64,000 nt of DNA from assembly GCA_027491355.1 (NCBI GenBank), contig JAIXWI010000005.1, forward strand, positions 38,228 to 102,227, read 5' to 3'. Origin of the DNA: Bacteroidota bacterium. GTDB taxonomy: Bacteria; Bacteroidota; Bacteroidia; UKL13-3. Position numbers and translations under genes: made by a program. Position 1 is the first letter of the stretch; each line of letters starts with the position of its first letter. This document shows, one piece after another, positions 50,360 to 60,734 of the stretch. The notes beneath the pieces are model-generated. The model was not told where the DNA came from, searched no databases, and saw nothing but the letters and a program-made list of their open reading frames with translations.

Positions 50360-50830
50360 TTATTGCGGAACTTTTTCTATTCTAATACCTGAAGCTATGA
50401 CACCTGTTAAGGTATCATTACGCATGTTTTGCTCCAGTTCAAACCTGTAAATGCCGTTTTCTTTGAACCTGAACTTTTCCTTTACAGGAACTTGATAGTC
50501 GAACAAATCGCCTAAACCTTTACCAAGCCATTTGCCATTCTCATCAGCTAAAATCAATTCTTTACGTTCAGTTTGTTGTTGCATAGATGGGGTTGTTGTA
50601 TGCAAATTCACATACATATTGCTGAACAAATAATCGGCACTGATCCTCACATTTAAGAATAAATTGTATTGGGCTATGGTATCGGTAATGGGCACATCAA
50701 AAATGAGTTTATTTTGATAGTTCCAACCCTGAACCGGGAGGTCTTTGTTTTCATCAATGAGTCTGTTAGCATCACAAGCAATGAAAAACAAACTACTCAC
50801 CAATACCAATATGTTCAATAGTTGTTTCAA
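50360..50830 (-). CDS. gldH: Gliding motility lipoprotein GldH
   Basis: Lipobox 'FFIAC'; 'YLFSNMY', 'GKWLGKG', 'GIYRFELEQNMR'. Probable TTG start at 50830. Confidence 0.9.
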   Translation of the reverse strand: MKQLLNILVLVSSLFFIACDANRLIDENKDLPVQGWNYQNKLIFDVPITDTIAQYNLFLNVRISADYLFSNMYVNLHTTTPSMQQQTERKELILADENGKWLGKGLGDLFDYQVPVKEKFRFKENGIYRFELEQNMRNDTLTGVIASGIRIEKVPQ

Positions 50831-50834
50831 GTTC

Positions 50835-52154
50835 TTATTCTTTTGGTTTTTGTTCGTTGGCACTTGACCTATTGTTATTGTTGAACTTCTTTTTAAAAGG
50901 TGGTTTCTTTCTGGCTTGGTTAGCTTGAACTGGTTGAACATTGGTTGATGGCTGACTGGTTTTTGCCTCAACTGGCTTGGCATTCGGTTGCTGTGTGTTA
51001 CCTCCATTTCTGTTGCCTTGCTGTGACTTATTGTATGGAGGTTTACCTGACCTGTTTTTGTTGCGGTGCTTTTGCCTTTCTCTTTCATCTAACCGGGTAA
51101 CAGAATCAATGCCCATATCGTTTTGGAAATCGAGTTCAACTTTTACCTGCTTGTTTGGTTCAGGTTTAGCATGAATCAATTCTGGCCTAATGCCATTGTT
51201 ATTTTGTTCAACAAACTTGTTGACTTCTTTTACAGATAAATTGAGCCATTCACCACCCATTTCAGACTTCGGAGCAAACCACATGATGCGTTTGAGGATA
51301 TCTGTTTTAACCAATTTGTAAGATTTGTCATTGGCAAAATCGAGGACCAAATGGGTATTTTGAGGGAACTCTTTCAAAGCTTCTAAGTAAGCATCTAATT
51401 CAAAGTTCAAACAACATTTCAATTTGCCACATTGTCCCGATAGCTTCAACTGATTCAAAGAAAGATTCTGGTATCGAGCAGCATTGGTGTGTACCAATTT
51501 AAAATCAGTAAGCCAAGTACTACAACACAATTCTCTTCCACATGAACCAATACCGCCCAAACGACCAGCTTCTTGCCTGTAACCAATTTGGCGCATTTCA
51601 ATTCTTACCTTAAAAGCATCCGCCAAGCGTTTAATCAGTTCTCTAAAATCTACACGCTCTTCAGCTGTATAATAGAAAACTGCTTTTCTTCTATCGCCTT
51701 GGTATTCTACATCACTTAGTTTCATACTCAAGCCCAATTCCATGGCAATGCTTCTTGCTTTGTACATGGTGGGTACTTCTAATTCTTGGTTTTCTTTTAA
51801 TTTGGCTACGTCCGCTTCATTGGCTTTTCGGATGATTTTTTTGAACTCGCCCTGTTCTTCAGAGCGGTTGTATTTTTTCATTTGTAGTTTAACCAACTCG
51901 CCTTTGAGGCTCAATGTTCCTATATCATAGCCATGCTCTGCCTCTACAACAACTTGTTCATTGATGTAACATTCTACCTGTGCAGGCAAACGATAAAACT
52001 CTTTGCGGGTACCTTTGAACCTCACTTCAACAATGTCAAAAGGCTTCTGGTGAGGTGGAAGTTCCATCTCAGCAAGCCAATCAAATGTATTTAATTTATT
52101 GCAAGCGCCTGAACTACAAGAGCCAGAGCTGCATCCGCCTGAGCCACATGCCAT
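50835..52154 (-). CDS. ricT: PSP1-domain protein RicT/YaaT
   Basis: 'EVRFK', 'RVDFRELIK', 'RIEMRQIG', 'GSCGRELCC', 'GQCGKLKCCLNFE'. Confidence 0.92.
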   Translation of the reverse strand: MACGSGGCSSGSCSSGACNKLNTFDWLAEMELPPHQKPFDIVEVRFKGTRKEFYRLPAQVECYINEQVVVEAEHGYDIGTLSLKGELVKLQMKKYNRSEEQGEFKKIIRKANEADVAKLKENQELEVPTMYKARSIAMELGLSMKLSDVEYQGDRRKAVFYYTAEERVDFRELIKRLADAFKVRIEMRQIGYRQEAGRLGGIGSCGRELCCSTWLTDFKLVHTNAARYQNLSLNQLKLSGQCGKLKCCLNFELDAYLEALKEFPQNTHLVLDFANDKSYKLVKTDILKRIMWFAPKSEMGGEWLNLSVKEVNKFVEQNNNGIRPELIHAKPEPNKQVKVELDFQNDMGIDSVTRLDERERQKHRNKNRSGKPPYNKSQQGNRNGGNTQQPNAKPVEAKTSQPSTNVQPVQANQARKKPPFKKKFNNNNRSSANEQKPKE

Positions 52155-52188
52155 CTTTTTTTTTATTTAGTATGAAAACTTTTGTTAG

Positions 52189-53304
52189 CTAATTATTAGC
52201 TGTTTTCAATTGCTTGCCAATATACAAAGAAAGATTCAAAAACAGGATTTTTAGGTTCGCATTTCTCTCTACATGGTAGGTGGCATCGTCTAAACTTTTA
52301 GTAATTTCAGCTAAATTTTGGTCGTGTAAGAATGGCGAAAACTTGAGCAAGAAAGCCAATTCTGTTTGGTTTACTTTTAACAAATCTTGTTTGGCGTAGC
52401 GGTATATAAACGCAGAGCGTATCATTTGACCAGCGTAGTGCAAAAAGTTTTTGATGTATTCTCTTCCCCCTGAACTCAGTGTATCAACCATGGGCTGTAA
52501 TTCAACCATTTTTTGGCCATAGCAAGAGCGCATCCAATCACTAAAAAGGGTAAAGTAACCCTCGTGGTCTATGTCTACCAATGACTTTGCACGATTAAAG
52601 TTACCATCTGCCAACCTAGCTGTGTCTCTTGCTTTTTGTTCTTCCATGCCATATTTGGCCATCAAAGCCTCAATTAAATCGGCATCTGTTATTTTAGGAA
52701 CCTTTACTAACTGGGCTCTAGACAATATGGTAGGAAGTATTTTTTCAGTATTGTTACCCACCAATAAAATTAGCGTGTATGGTGGTGGTTCTTCTAATAG
52801 TTTTAATAAAATATTACCTTCTTTTGAAAGGTACTCTGGCTGCCAAATCACATGCACCTTGTACTTAGCCTCATAGCTCTTTAATCCAAGTCCGTTAATC
52901 ACCGCTCTGCACTCTTCAGCAGTGATATTGAGTTGCTTGTTTGCCTCACTGTTTATTTTTTGTAACCAGTCAAAATCACTGATATAGGGATTTTCAATAA
53001 TGGCAGCCCTCCATTCTTCAATGAGTTCCTTACTTAGTTTAGCTGGAGAAGTGAGGGGATAAGTGAAATGTAAATCGGGGTGAATGATTTGCTGAAATTT
53101 AACACAAGAAGTACAAGTTCCACAACTGTCATCTGAACCAGGTTGCAAACAATTAATGTATTGGGCAAAAGCCAAAGCAAGTGCTAAATTTCCAGAACCC
53201 TCTGGGCCTAAAAAAAGTTGGGCGTGGCTGATACGTCCCGATTGAGCAATATTGAGCAATTTGTTTTTTAGCCCGTTATGACCGATGATTTCTTTGAATT
53301 GCAC
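52189..53304 (-). CDS. holB: DNA polymerase III delta' subunit
   Basis: 'SHAQLFLGPEGSG', 'SCGTCTSC', 'HPDLHF', 'LLKLLEEPP', 'PTILSR'. GTG start at 53304. Confidence 0.92.
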   Translation of the reverse strand: MQFKEIIGHNGLKNKLLNIAQSGRISHAQLFLGPEGSGNLALALAFAQYINCLQPGSDDSCGTCTSCVKFQQIIHPDLHFTYPLTSPAKLSKELIEEWRAAIIENPYISDFDWLQKINSEANKQLNITAEECRAVINGLGLKSYEAKYKVHVIWQPEYLSKEGNILLKLLEEPPPYTLILLVGNNTEKILPTILSRAQLVKVPKITDADLIEALMAKYGMEEQKARDTARLADGNFNRAKSLVDIDHEGYFTLFSDWMRSCYGQKMVELQPMVDTLSSGGREYIKNFLHYAGQMIRSAFIYRYAKQDLLKVNQTELAFLLKFSPFLHDQNLAEITKSLDDATYHVERNANLKILFLNLSLYIGKQLKTANN

Positions 53305-53425
53305 TTTATATTTTATTTTTAACAAATTTAGCCCAATTGATTCTTAGATTGATAAATAATTTTCAGCCTAAAAGTCTTTAATAAATTTTTGCATTTTTAT
53401 TAATTTCAATAACTTGCTGCCCCCA

Positions 53426-53602
53426 ATGCAAAAAACATTATTCAGACTAAAACTTGGTCAACACTGCCCAAATTGTGGATCTTGGGATTTGGAACGTGTA
53501 CACAGGTCTTTCATTGCCAGGAACTTATTTTTTTTCCTTAACATCAAAACATACTGGTGCAGAAAGTGCTACATCAAAATTAATTGTTTGAAGAAGGTTT
53601 AA
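53426..53602 (+). CDS. Small zinc-ribbon protein (58 aa)
   Basis: CPNCGS...RVHRS...YWCRKC; fills the gap between holB and the YifB gene, stops overlap. Confidence 0.6.
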   Translation: MQKTLFRLKLGQHCPNCGSWDLERVHRSFIARNLFFFLNIKTYWCRKCYIKINCLKKV

Positions 53603-55149
53603 CTCCCACCCCAAGCTGTTCTGTCTAAACTTCTGAATTGAATGGCTTCGGCCAAATGCTCTGGTAAAATTTTTTCTGAACCAGCCAAGTCGCTAATGGT
53701 TCTCGCTACTTTCAAAATGCGGTCATAAGCCCTGGCTGACAATTGCAAACGCTGCATGGCGGTTTTTAGTAATTGGGCTCCAATAGGGTTCAACTCACAA
53801 AATTGCCTGGCTTGGGTACTGCTCATTTGGGCATTGCAATGAATGTCATCAAATGCTACATAGCGTTTGGCTTGAATATCTCTTGCTAATTGTACCCGTT
53901 CTCTGATAGTTTTACTGCTTTCCGCTTTTTTGTTCGAAGTAAGCAAATCATAATTAACAGGTGTTACTTCAATGTGAATGTCAATTCTGTCCATCAAAGG
54001 TCCTGAAATTTTACCCATGTATTTTTGAACCGTACCAGGCGGGCAGCTACATTCTTTTTCAGGATGGTTGAAATAACCGCAGGGACAAGGGTTAAGGCTT
54101 GCCACCAACATAAAACTAGCGGGATATTCTATTGAAAATTTAGCACGTGATACAGTCACTTTTCTTTCTTCTAAAGGTTGGCGCATCACTTCTAAAACTG
54201 TGCGTTTGAACTCTGGCAATTCATCTAAAAATAAAACTCCGTTGTGTGCCAATGAAATTTCGCCCGGCTGTGGGTTGGTTCCTCCGCCAACTAAGGCCAC
54301 ATCACTAATGGTATGATGTGGACTCCTAAATGGTCTAGTATAAATGAGCGAAGCATCTTTGGGTAATTTACCTGCAACAGAATGAATTTTGGTAGTTTCT
54401 AAAGCTTCTTGCAAAGACAAAGGAGGCAAAATACCTGGCAAGCGTTTTGCCAACATGGTTTTACCTGCACCAGGAGGGCCAATTAATATGACATTATGCC
54501 CACCAGCAGCTGCAATTTCCAATGCTCTTTTGATATTTTCTTGTCCACGTACATCTTCAAAATCGTCCTTTAAATGTACTTGGTTTTGCTCGAATTCAGT
54601 GCGGGTATCAACTGTAACAGCCTGTAATACTCCTTCTTTTCCGTTTAAGAAATCAATTACCTGTGCTAAATTTTCAGCACCATAAACTTCTAAATTATTA
54701 ACAATAGCAGCTTCTCTGGCATTTTGTGCTGGTACAATTAAACCAGCAAAGCCTTCTTTTCGGGCTTGTATGGCAATTGGAAGTGCACCTTTAATGGGGT
54801 TCAAACTTCCATCCAAAGCCAGCTCTCCCATAATGATAAATTTCTCCAGTTTACTGCTTTCTAATTGTTCTGTTGCCGCCAAAAAACCAACTGCCAAGGG
54901 TAGGTCATAAGCACTGCCCTCTTTTCTGATATCGGCAGGCGCCATGTTGGTTACAACCTTTTGCCTAGGCAATTGATAGCCATTGTATTTGATGGCACTT
55001 TCTATGCGTTGCTGGCTCTCTTTTACAGCATTGTCTGGCAAGCCCACCAAAAAATAACCAATCCCATTGCCTGGGTTTGCATTTACCTCAATGGTAATGG
55101 TAACAGCACTCACTCCATATACTGCACTTCCAAATGTTCGAATAAGCAT
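53599..55149 (-). CDS. comM: YifB/ComM Mg-chelatase-like AAA+ ATPase
   Basis: 'VGLPD.AVKES', 'GPPGAGKTMLA', 'PFRSPHH', 'GEISLAHNGVLFLDE', 'LSARAYDR'. Confidence 0.92.
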   Translation of the reverse strand: MLIRTFGSAVYGVSAVTITIEVNANPGNGIGYFLVGLPDNAVKESQQRIESAIKYNGYQLPRQKVVTNMAPADIRKEGSAYDLPLAVGFLAATEQLESSKLEKFIIMGELALDGSLNPIKGALPIAIQARKEGFAGLIVPAQNAREAAIVNNLEVYGAENLAQVIDFLNGKEGVLQAVTVDTRTEFEQNQVHLKDDFEDVRGQENIKRALEIAAAGGHNVILIGPPGAGKTMLAKRLPGILPPLSLQEALETTKIHSVAGKLPKDASLIYTRPFRSPHHTISDVALVGGGTNPQPGEISLAHNGVLFLDELPEFKRTVLEVMRQPLEERKVTVSRAKFSIEYPASFMLVASLNPCPCGYFNHPEKECSCPPGTVQKYMGKISGPLMDRIDIHIEVTPVNYDLLTSNKKAESSKTIRERVQLARDIQAKRYVAFDDIHCNAQMSSTQARQFCELNPIGAQLLKTAMQRLQLSARAYDRILKVARTISDLAGSEKILPEHLAEAIQFRSLDRTAWGGS

Positions 55150-55233
55150 ACTCTCTTCTATTTGGCTATAAAAATAGGGCTGCCTGATTATTCCGCAATA
55201 TTTATCATATTTGCATTGTAAAATTTGAACCGA

Positions 55234-57060
55234 ATGAAAGGCTACCTAAAGTTATTGAAGTATGTAAAACCGTATAAAGGATTGGCATTTTTAAACGTAC
55301 TTTTTAACATCCTTTCTATTGTTTTCAGCTTGTTTTCAATTGCTTTAATTGTGCCTTTTTTACGCTTATTATTTGGTCAAAGTCAAGCTGTTATAACAAA
55401 ACCCGAGTTGTCCTTTAGTTTCAAAAACCTGAGTGAGCTTTTCAATTACCAGCTTTCCAATTTAATTCAAACCAAAGGTCCCGAGTCAGCGTTGGTTTTT
55501 ATTTGTATTGTATTGGTGAGTGCCATTTTGTTAAAAAACCTTTTTCGCTTCTTGGCCTTGTATTTTATGGTTTCCCTTAGGAATTCAGTTGTCAGTGATT
55601 TAAGAGAAGCTTTGTTCAAACATATTCTGGTATTGCCTTTGGCTTATTTCAGTGAAGAAAAAAAAGGCGACCTCATCAGCCGTATGACATCCGATATTTT
55701 ACAGATTGAAGTGGCCATCATGAGTTCTTTAGAAGCCTTGTTCAAAGAGCCTTTGACCATTCTTATTTTCTTAGGTGCATTGATTTGGGTCAGCCCAATC
55801 CTCACACTCATTGTGTTTTTAACCTTACCCATTATGGGTTTTTTGATTGGTAAAATTGGCCGAATGCTGAAAACTTTCTCTCAAAGAGGACAATCAAAAT
55901 TTGGCGATTTGGTTTCCCTGTACGAGGAAACATTGATGGGTATTCGTATCATCAAAGCGTTCAATTCACAAGACTTTTTCTTGAGAAGATTCAAAAACGA
56001 AAACAGCCTTTATACACGTATCAATATTGCTTCAAACCGAACAGGAGATAGCGCCTCACCTATTTCAGAAACACTCAGTATCATTGTTTTGGCCTTTATT
56101 TTATGGTTTGGCGGTAAATTGGTTTTATCGGGTTACGAAGGTGTCAATGCCGAAATATTCATTGCCTTCATTGGTATTTTCTCTCAATTGTTACCTCCGG
56201 CAAAAGCTTTCTCAACCGCATACAGCAATATGCAAAAAGGCCTTGCTTCTCTTGACCGTGTGAATGAGGTATTGGAGAGTGAAGAGGTGATTACCGAAAA
56301 AACAGATGCAGTTTCTTTGACCCAATTGCATAACAAAATTGAATTCAAAAATGTCAGCTTTAAATATGCTGATGAATGGGTTTTGAAAAATATCAACTTA
56401 AGTATTGAAAAAGGCAAAACAGTTGCTTTGGTAGGCCCTTCGGGTAGCGGTAAATCTACATTAACCGATTTAATTCCACGCTTCTATGACCCAACAGAAG
56501 GAGAAGTTTTAATAGATGGCCACAATATTAAAAACTTGAAAATTTTAGACTTACGCTCAATGATGGGCATGGTGGCACAAGAATCCATTTTGTTCAACGA
56601 TAGCATTTACAACAACATTGCTTTTGGTAAAACAAATATCTCCAATGAACAAATAGAGCAAGCGGCTAAAATTGCCAATGCCCATGAGTTTATCATTCAA
56701 ACAGAAAAAGCATACCATACCAATATTGGCGACCGTGGCAACAAACTCAGCGGTGGTCAACGTCAACGACTCAGCATTGCGCGTGCGGTGAATACCAACC
56801 CCGATATTTTAATTTTAGATGAAGCTACTTCAGCATTAGATACTGCAAGTGAAAGGGTAGTTCAAGAAGCCTTGAACAATGTCATGCAAAACAGAACTAC
56901 CATTGTGATTGCACACCGTTTGAGTACCATTCACAAAGCTGATTTAATTGTGGTTTTAGATAAGGGTAAAATTGTGCAAACTGGCAATCACCAAGAACTC
57001 ATTCAACAGGAAGGTTTATACAAACAATTGCACCAACTGCAACAAATTATAGAAGCTTAA
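55234..57060 (+). CDS. msbA: MsbA-like ABC exporter (permease + ATPase)
   Basis: TM domain, 'GPSGSGKST', 'LSGGQRQR', 'LDEATSALD', 'IAHRL'. Confidence 0.85.
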   Translation: MKGYLKLLKYVKPYKGLAFLNVLFNILSIVFSLFSIALIVPFLRLLFGQSQAVITKPELSFSFKNLSELFNYQLSNLIQTKGPESALVFICIVLVSAILLKNLFRFLALYFMVSLRNSVVSDLREALFKHILVLPLAYFSEEKKGDLISRMTSDILQIEVAIMSSLEALFKEPLTILIFLGALIWVSPILTLIVFLTLPIMGFLIGKIGRMLKTFSQRGQSKFGDLVSLYEETLMGIRIIKAFNSQDFFLRRFKNENSLYTRINIASNRTGDSASPISETLSIIVLAFILWFGGKLVLSGYEGVNAEIFIAFIGIFSQLLPPAKAFSTAYSNMQKGLASLDRVNEVLESEEVITEKTDAVSLTQLHNKIEFKNVSFKYADEWVLKNINLSIEKGKTVALVGPSGSGKSTLTDLIPRFYDPTEGEVLIDGHNIKNLKILDLRSMMGMVAQESILFNDSIYNNIAFGKTNISNEQIEQAAKIANAHEFIIQTEKAYHTNIGDRGNKLSGGQRQRLSIARAVNTNPDILILDEATSALDTASERVVQEALNNVMQNRTTIVIAHRLSTIHKADLIVVLDKGKIVQTGNHQELIQQEGLYKQLHQLQQIIEA

Positions 57061-58196
57061 TGTGGTTTAAATTTGCAGCATTTTGTTCAAATTGGCTTCG
57101 TCAAAAAAAAGAAGTAAAAGCAAAGCAAAAACAGCTGCAACAATACCATGCAATCTTAGAAAATATTTCTGCCTTCAAAACTACAGAGTACAATGCACTA
57201 GCTAGTTTGGTGTTTAAGCTTGACGACATCGGCGATTATTTATTATTTGAGGATGCCTTTTATAACTGGGCACTTCAAACACAAAAAACACAACAACTGT
57301 ATTTGGTTGGTAATGAAACTTGGAAGGCTTTGTTTGAATTAAAATTCAAAGACATTGCCATTGTTTGCATTTGGGTAAACAAAACCAAATGGCTAGCACA
57401 TGAACAATACCGTATTCAGTTAGCAAAAACACTCCATACTATTGCCCCCTCAAAATGTTTATACCCTTCATTGACAAGGTCTTTGTTATTAGAAGCAAGC
57501 ATGGGCAGTTTGTTTCCAAAAGCTGAACACATTGGATGCAACAACAATAAAAATGCTGATCAACAATTGGCAGTACCCCTTTTAACAAAGGCCATCAACA
57601 CCCCAAAATTTGCACATGAATTAGCTTTGAATGCCCATTTTTTTGGTGGACAAATTTTTGATGTTTTGCCCAACGAAAATGAAAAAGCTGCTTATTTTAT
57701 TGTTGGAATTGGAGGCAACCAAAAAAGCAAACATTGGTCTCCAAAAAAATACAGCCAGCTCATCAAAGCTTTACTAAATAAGTATCCTAATTTATGTTGT
57801 CATGTACTGGGTGGCAAGGCCGAGCATGAACAAGCGCAACTAATACTCAAGGCTGTTAACAATACAAGGTGCATCAATAGTTGCGAAAAAATTAAATTAG
57901 ATCAATTGGCTGGCTTCTGCATACAAGCTGAATTTGCCATCTGCAACGATACAGCCGTTGCACATGTTTGTGCCTTAAACAAAGTTCCGCTTATAGTTGT
58001 TGCCAATGGTAACAGATACGGCCGTTTTTTCCCTTATCCTGCTAATTTTAGTTGGGTAAAAACGGTATATCCAGTTCAGCTAAAAATGAACCTACCTGTA
58101 CATTACGATTGGGAAGCTAAATTTCCTATCAATGCCATACAAACGCAAATGGTTCTGAATCAGCTTACTTTTTTATTGGATGCTACCAATAATTGA
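57060..58196 (+). CDS. GT9 (heptosyltransferase-like) glycosyltransferase
   Basis: 'KLDDIGDY', 'KHWS', 'ICNDTAVAH'. Confidence 0.8.
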   Translation: MWFKFAAFCSNWLRQKKEVKAKQKQLQQYHAILENISAFKTTEYNALASLVFKLDDIGDYLLFEDAFYNWALQTQKTQQLYLVGNETWKALFELKFKDIAIVCIWVNKTKWLAHEQYRIQLAKTLHTIAPSKCLYPSLTRSLLLEASMGSLFPKAEHIGCNNNKNADQQLAVPLLTKAINTPKFAHELALNAHFFGGQIFDVLPNENEKAAYFIVGIGGNQKSKHWSPKKYSQLIKALLNKYPNLCCHVLGGKAEHEQAQLILKAVNNTRCINSCEKIKLDQLAGFCIQAEFAICNDTAVAHVCALNKVPLIVVANGNRYGRFFPYPANFSWVKTVYPVQLKMNLPVHYDWEAKFPINAIQTQMVLNQLTFLLDATNN

Positions 58197-58215
58197 CCAG
58201 AATCATTTTTTACCT

Positions 58216-58234
58216 ATTTAGAAAAGTTCTAAAT
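58216..58234 (+). promoter_or_regulatory. Fur-type operator upstream of feoAB
   Basis: Perfect 8-3-8 inverted repeat ATTTAGAA-AAG-TTCTAAAT ending 9 nt before the feoA ATG. Confidence 0.8.
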
Positions 58235-58243
58235 TGCGCAACA

Positions 58244-58465
58244 ATGAATGTATCAGAATTATCACCCGGCATGCAGGCAACTATTGTAAAAGTGAAAAGT
58301 GAAACCCTTTCTCTCAAGTTATTTGAAATGGGCGTACTTCCAGGCGAACAAGTAAGTTTGGCGCATGTTGCACCGTTTGGTGACCCCATTGCCATTCATG
58401 TGGGTGAATACAAATTGTGTCTTCGATTAGAGGATGCTTCAGAAATTGAAATAGTAGCGAACTAG
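58244..58465 (+). CDS. feoA: Ferrous iron transport protein A
   Basis: 'LFEMGVLPG', 'APFGDPI', 'LRLEDA'. ATG at 58244. Confidence 0.95.
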   Translation: MNVSELSPGMQATIVKVKSETLSLKLFEMGVLPGEQVSLAHVAPFGDPIAIHVGEYKLCLRLEDASEIEIVAN

Positions 58466-60585
58466 TGGAAAAAAGCATTACCATAGCCTTAGTAGGCAAT
58501 CCAAACTGCGGCAAAACGTCATTGTTCAATGCTTTAACCGGCTTGAAACAAAAAGTTTCAAATTTTCCAGGAACCACTGTAGAGAAAAAAACAGGTGAAA
58601 CATGGTTAAATAACCAAACCAAGCTACATGTGATTGATTTACCTGGCACCTACAGTTTGTATCCAAAATCGGCAGATGAATTGGTTACCTATGAAATTCT
58701 CCGTACCAAAGCAGAAAACAACTACCCTGATTTGGTTGTATTTATTGCTGATGCTGCCAATTTAAAACGCAACTTATTGTTGTTTACTCAGGTTTGCGAT
58801 TTAGGAGTTCCTGTCATTCTTGCACTCAATATGCTTGACATTGCGCATCGCCGTGGAATTGCCTACAATATTCAAATGTTGGAGCAAAAATTAGGAGTAC
58901 CAGTTATAGAAATCAATGCTAGGAAAAAAGAGGGCATAGACCCTTTAAAAAATATTTTATTAGACAGCAAAAAAAGACAAACGGCTAACTATTTGAGTTT
59001 GTCTAATTTGGAACCAGCATTTTTAGATGCCATTTGTAAGTTAACTGATAAAAGCAATCCATATGCAGCATTGCAATATGCCATCAATGCATCTGTATTG
59101 CTGAATGAACAAGCTAAAAATATTCAAGATGTATTTCAAGAATTTGATTTTGATAGCTTAAAATTTCAAGAACATGAAGTACTCAACCGTTACGAAAAAA
59201 TTGAAGAAATTGTTCGGGCATCTAGAATCAAAAAAACAATTGGTATCAAACAATCGCTGAGTAATAAAATAGACAAAATACTCACGCACCGCTATTGGGG
59301 AATTTTAATATTCTTAACCTTGTTGTTTTTAATTTTTCAGGCCATTTTTAGTTGGAGCTCATACCCAATGGATGCTGTTGAATACTTATTTACAGCAACC
59401 ACTGACTACCTGAAAAACACTTTACCAGCAGGTATCCTGAACGATTTATTAGTAAACGGAATTATGGCAGGATTAAGTGGTGTTATAGTGTTTCTACCCC
59501 AAATTGTCATTTTATTTTTATTCATAGCTATACTTGAAGACATTGGCTACATGGCTAGGGTTGGTTTTATCATGGACCGTATCATGCGCCCGTTTGGAAT
59601 GAACGGAAAATCAGTTGTACCGTTGATTGGAGGTATGGCTTGTGCTGTTCCTAGTATCATGGCAAGTAGAAGCATTGAAAATAAAAAAGAACGCTTAATT
59701 ACCATGCTGGTAATTCCGCTTATGAGTTGCTCTGCCAGGTTACCCGTATATACTTTACTGATTTCAATTTTGGTCCCAGACACCTCAAAATGGGGTCCTT
59801 TTAACATACATGGATTGGTATTAATGGGTATGTATTTACTAGGTTTTATAGCGGCCATTTTGAGTGCGTGGGTGTTTAAATTCATCATCAAAAACAAAGA
59901 AAAAAATTACTTCTTAGTAGAGTTGCCTTCATATAAATTACCTGTACCTTCAAACATAGTCATCACCCTCGTAGAAAAGTCAGGAGCATTTGTTTTTGGA
60001 GCAGGAAAAATAATTGTAGCAGTATCCGTTATTTTATGGGTATTGGCCTCAACTGGACCTACAAAAAATATTCAAGCAGTTAAACATAACTACACTGAAG
60101 CACTATCAAAATTAGAACAAAGCCCTGATTTAGAAAACCAAAAAGCTGCATTAAATTTAAATTACAAATCGCAGTTGTTAGAAGCAAGTTATGCTGGTGA
60201 ATTTGGAAAATTAATTGAACCAGCAATCAGACCATTGGGATTTGATTGGAAAATAGGAATTGCATTGCTCACGTCAATGGCGGCAAGAGAAGTTTTTGTT
60301 GGTACAATGAGTACAATTTACAGTGCCGAAGGTTCAGCAGACGATTTGGGTTCTATACGTGCCAAAATGAAAAATGATACCAATAACCAAACACACAAGC
60401 CTGTTTATACGCTTGCTACAGTTTTCTCACTGTTGGTTTTTTATGCATTTGCATTGCAATGTATGAGCACATTGGCCGTGGTAAAAAAAGAAACTGGAGG
60501 CTACAAATGGGCAATTGTTCAATTTGTTTATTTGACATTTCTGGCTTACGGAAGCAGCTTGCTCATTTACCAGTTTTTTAGCTAG
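58465..60585 (+). CDS. feoB: Ferrous iron transport protein B
   Basis: 'GNPNCGKTS', 'NFPGTTVE', 'DLPG', 'MSCSARLP', 'AAREV'. Confidence 0.98.
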   Translation: MEKSITIALVGNPNCGKTSLFNALTGLKQKVSNFPGTTVEKKTGETWLNNQTKLHVIDLPGTYSLYPKSADELVTYEILRTKAENNYPDLVVFIADAANLKRNLLLFTQVCDLGVPVILALNMLDIAHRRGIAYNIQMLEQKLGVPVIEINARKKEGIDPLKNILLDSKKRQTANYLSLSNLEPAFLDAICKLTDKSNPYAALQYAINASVLLNEQAKNIQDVFQEFDFDSLKFQEHEVLNRYEKIEEIVRASRIKKTIGIKQSLSNKIDKILTHRYWGILIFLTLLFLIFQAIFSWSSYPMDAVEYLFTATTDYLKNTLPAGILNDLLVNGIMAGLSGVIVFLPQIVILFLFIAILEDIGYMARVGFIMDRIMRPFGMNGKSVVPLIGGMACAVPSIMASRSIENKKERLITMLVIPLMSCSARLPVYTLLISILVPDTSKWGPFNIHGLVLMGMYLLGFIAAILSAWVFKFIIKNKEKNYFLVELPSYKLPVPSNIVITLVEKSGAFVFGAGKIIVAVSVILWVLASTGPTKNIQAVKHNYTEALSKLEQSPDLENQKAALNLNYKSQLLEASYAGEFGKLIEPAIRPLGFDWKIGIALLTSMAAREVFVGTMSTIYSAEGSADDLGSIRAKMKNDTNNQTHKPVYTLATVFSLLVFYAFALQCMSTLAVVKKETGGYKWAIVQFVYLTFLAYGSSLLIYQFFS

Positions 60586-60734
60586 TTCAAGTAGCTTAAC
60601 TTTTGCTTTGTTTTCTATTTATTTTACTGATTATTAATAAAATAAGAATTTATAGTGGTTTTATTTATTGATTGGCATATCTTTTCACGAAATTTGCAAA
60701 TTCTTATTAAAACAAGGAGACTGAAAAAAAATAT

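Noticed and set aside
50831-51088. Long ricT/gldH overlap suggesting a frameshift fusion or overprinting
   Set aside because: The GldH signal peptide starts right after the ricT stop, and the open alternate frame is explained by low-complexity, stop-poor sequence.
60714-60719. SD-like AAGGAG upstream of the SigA-type gene
   Set aside because: It is 15 nt from the ATG, too far for a typical SD, and Bacteroidota rarely use SD pairing.
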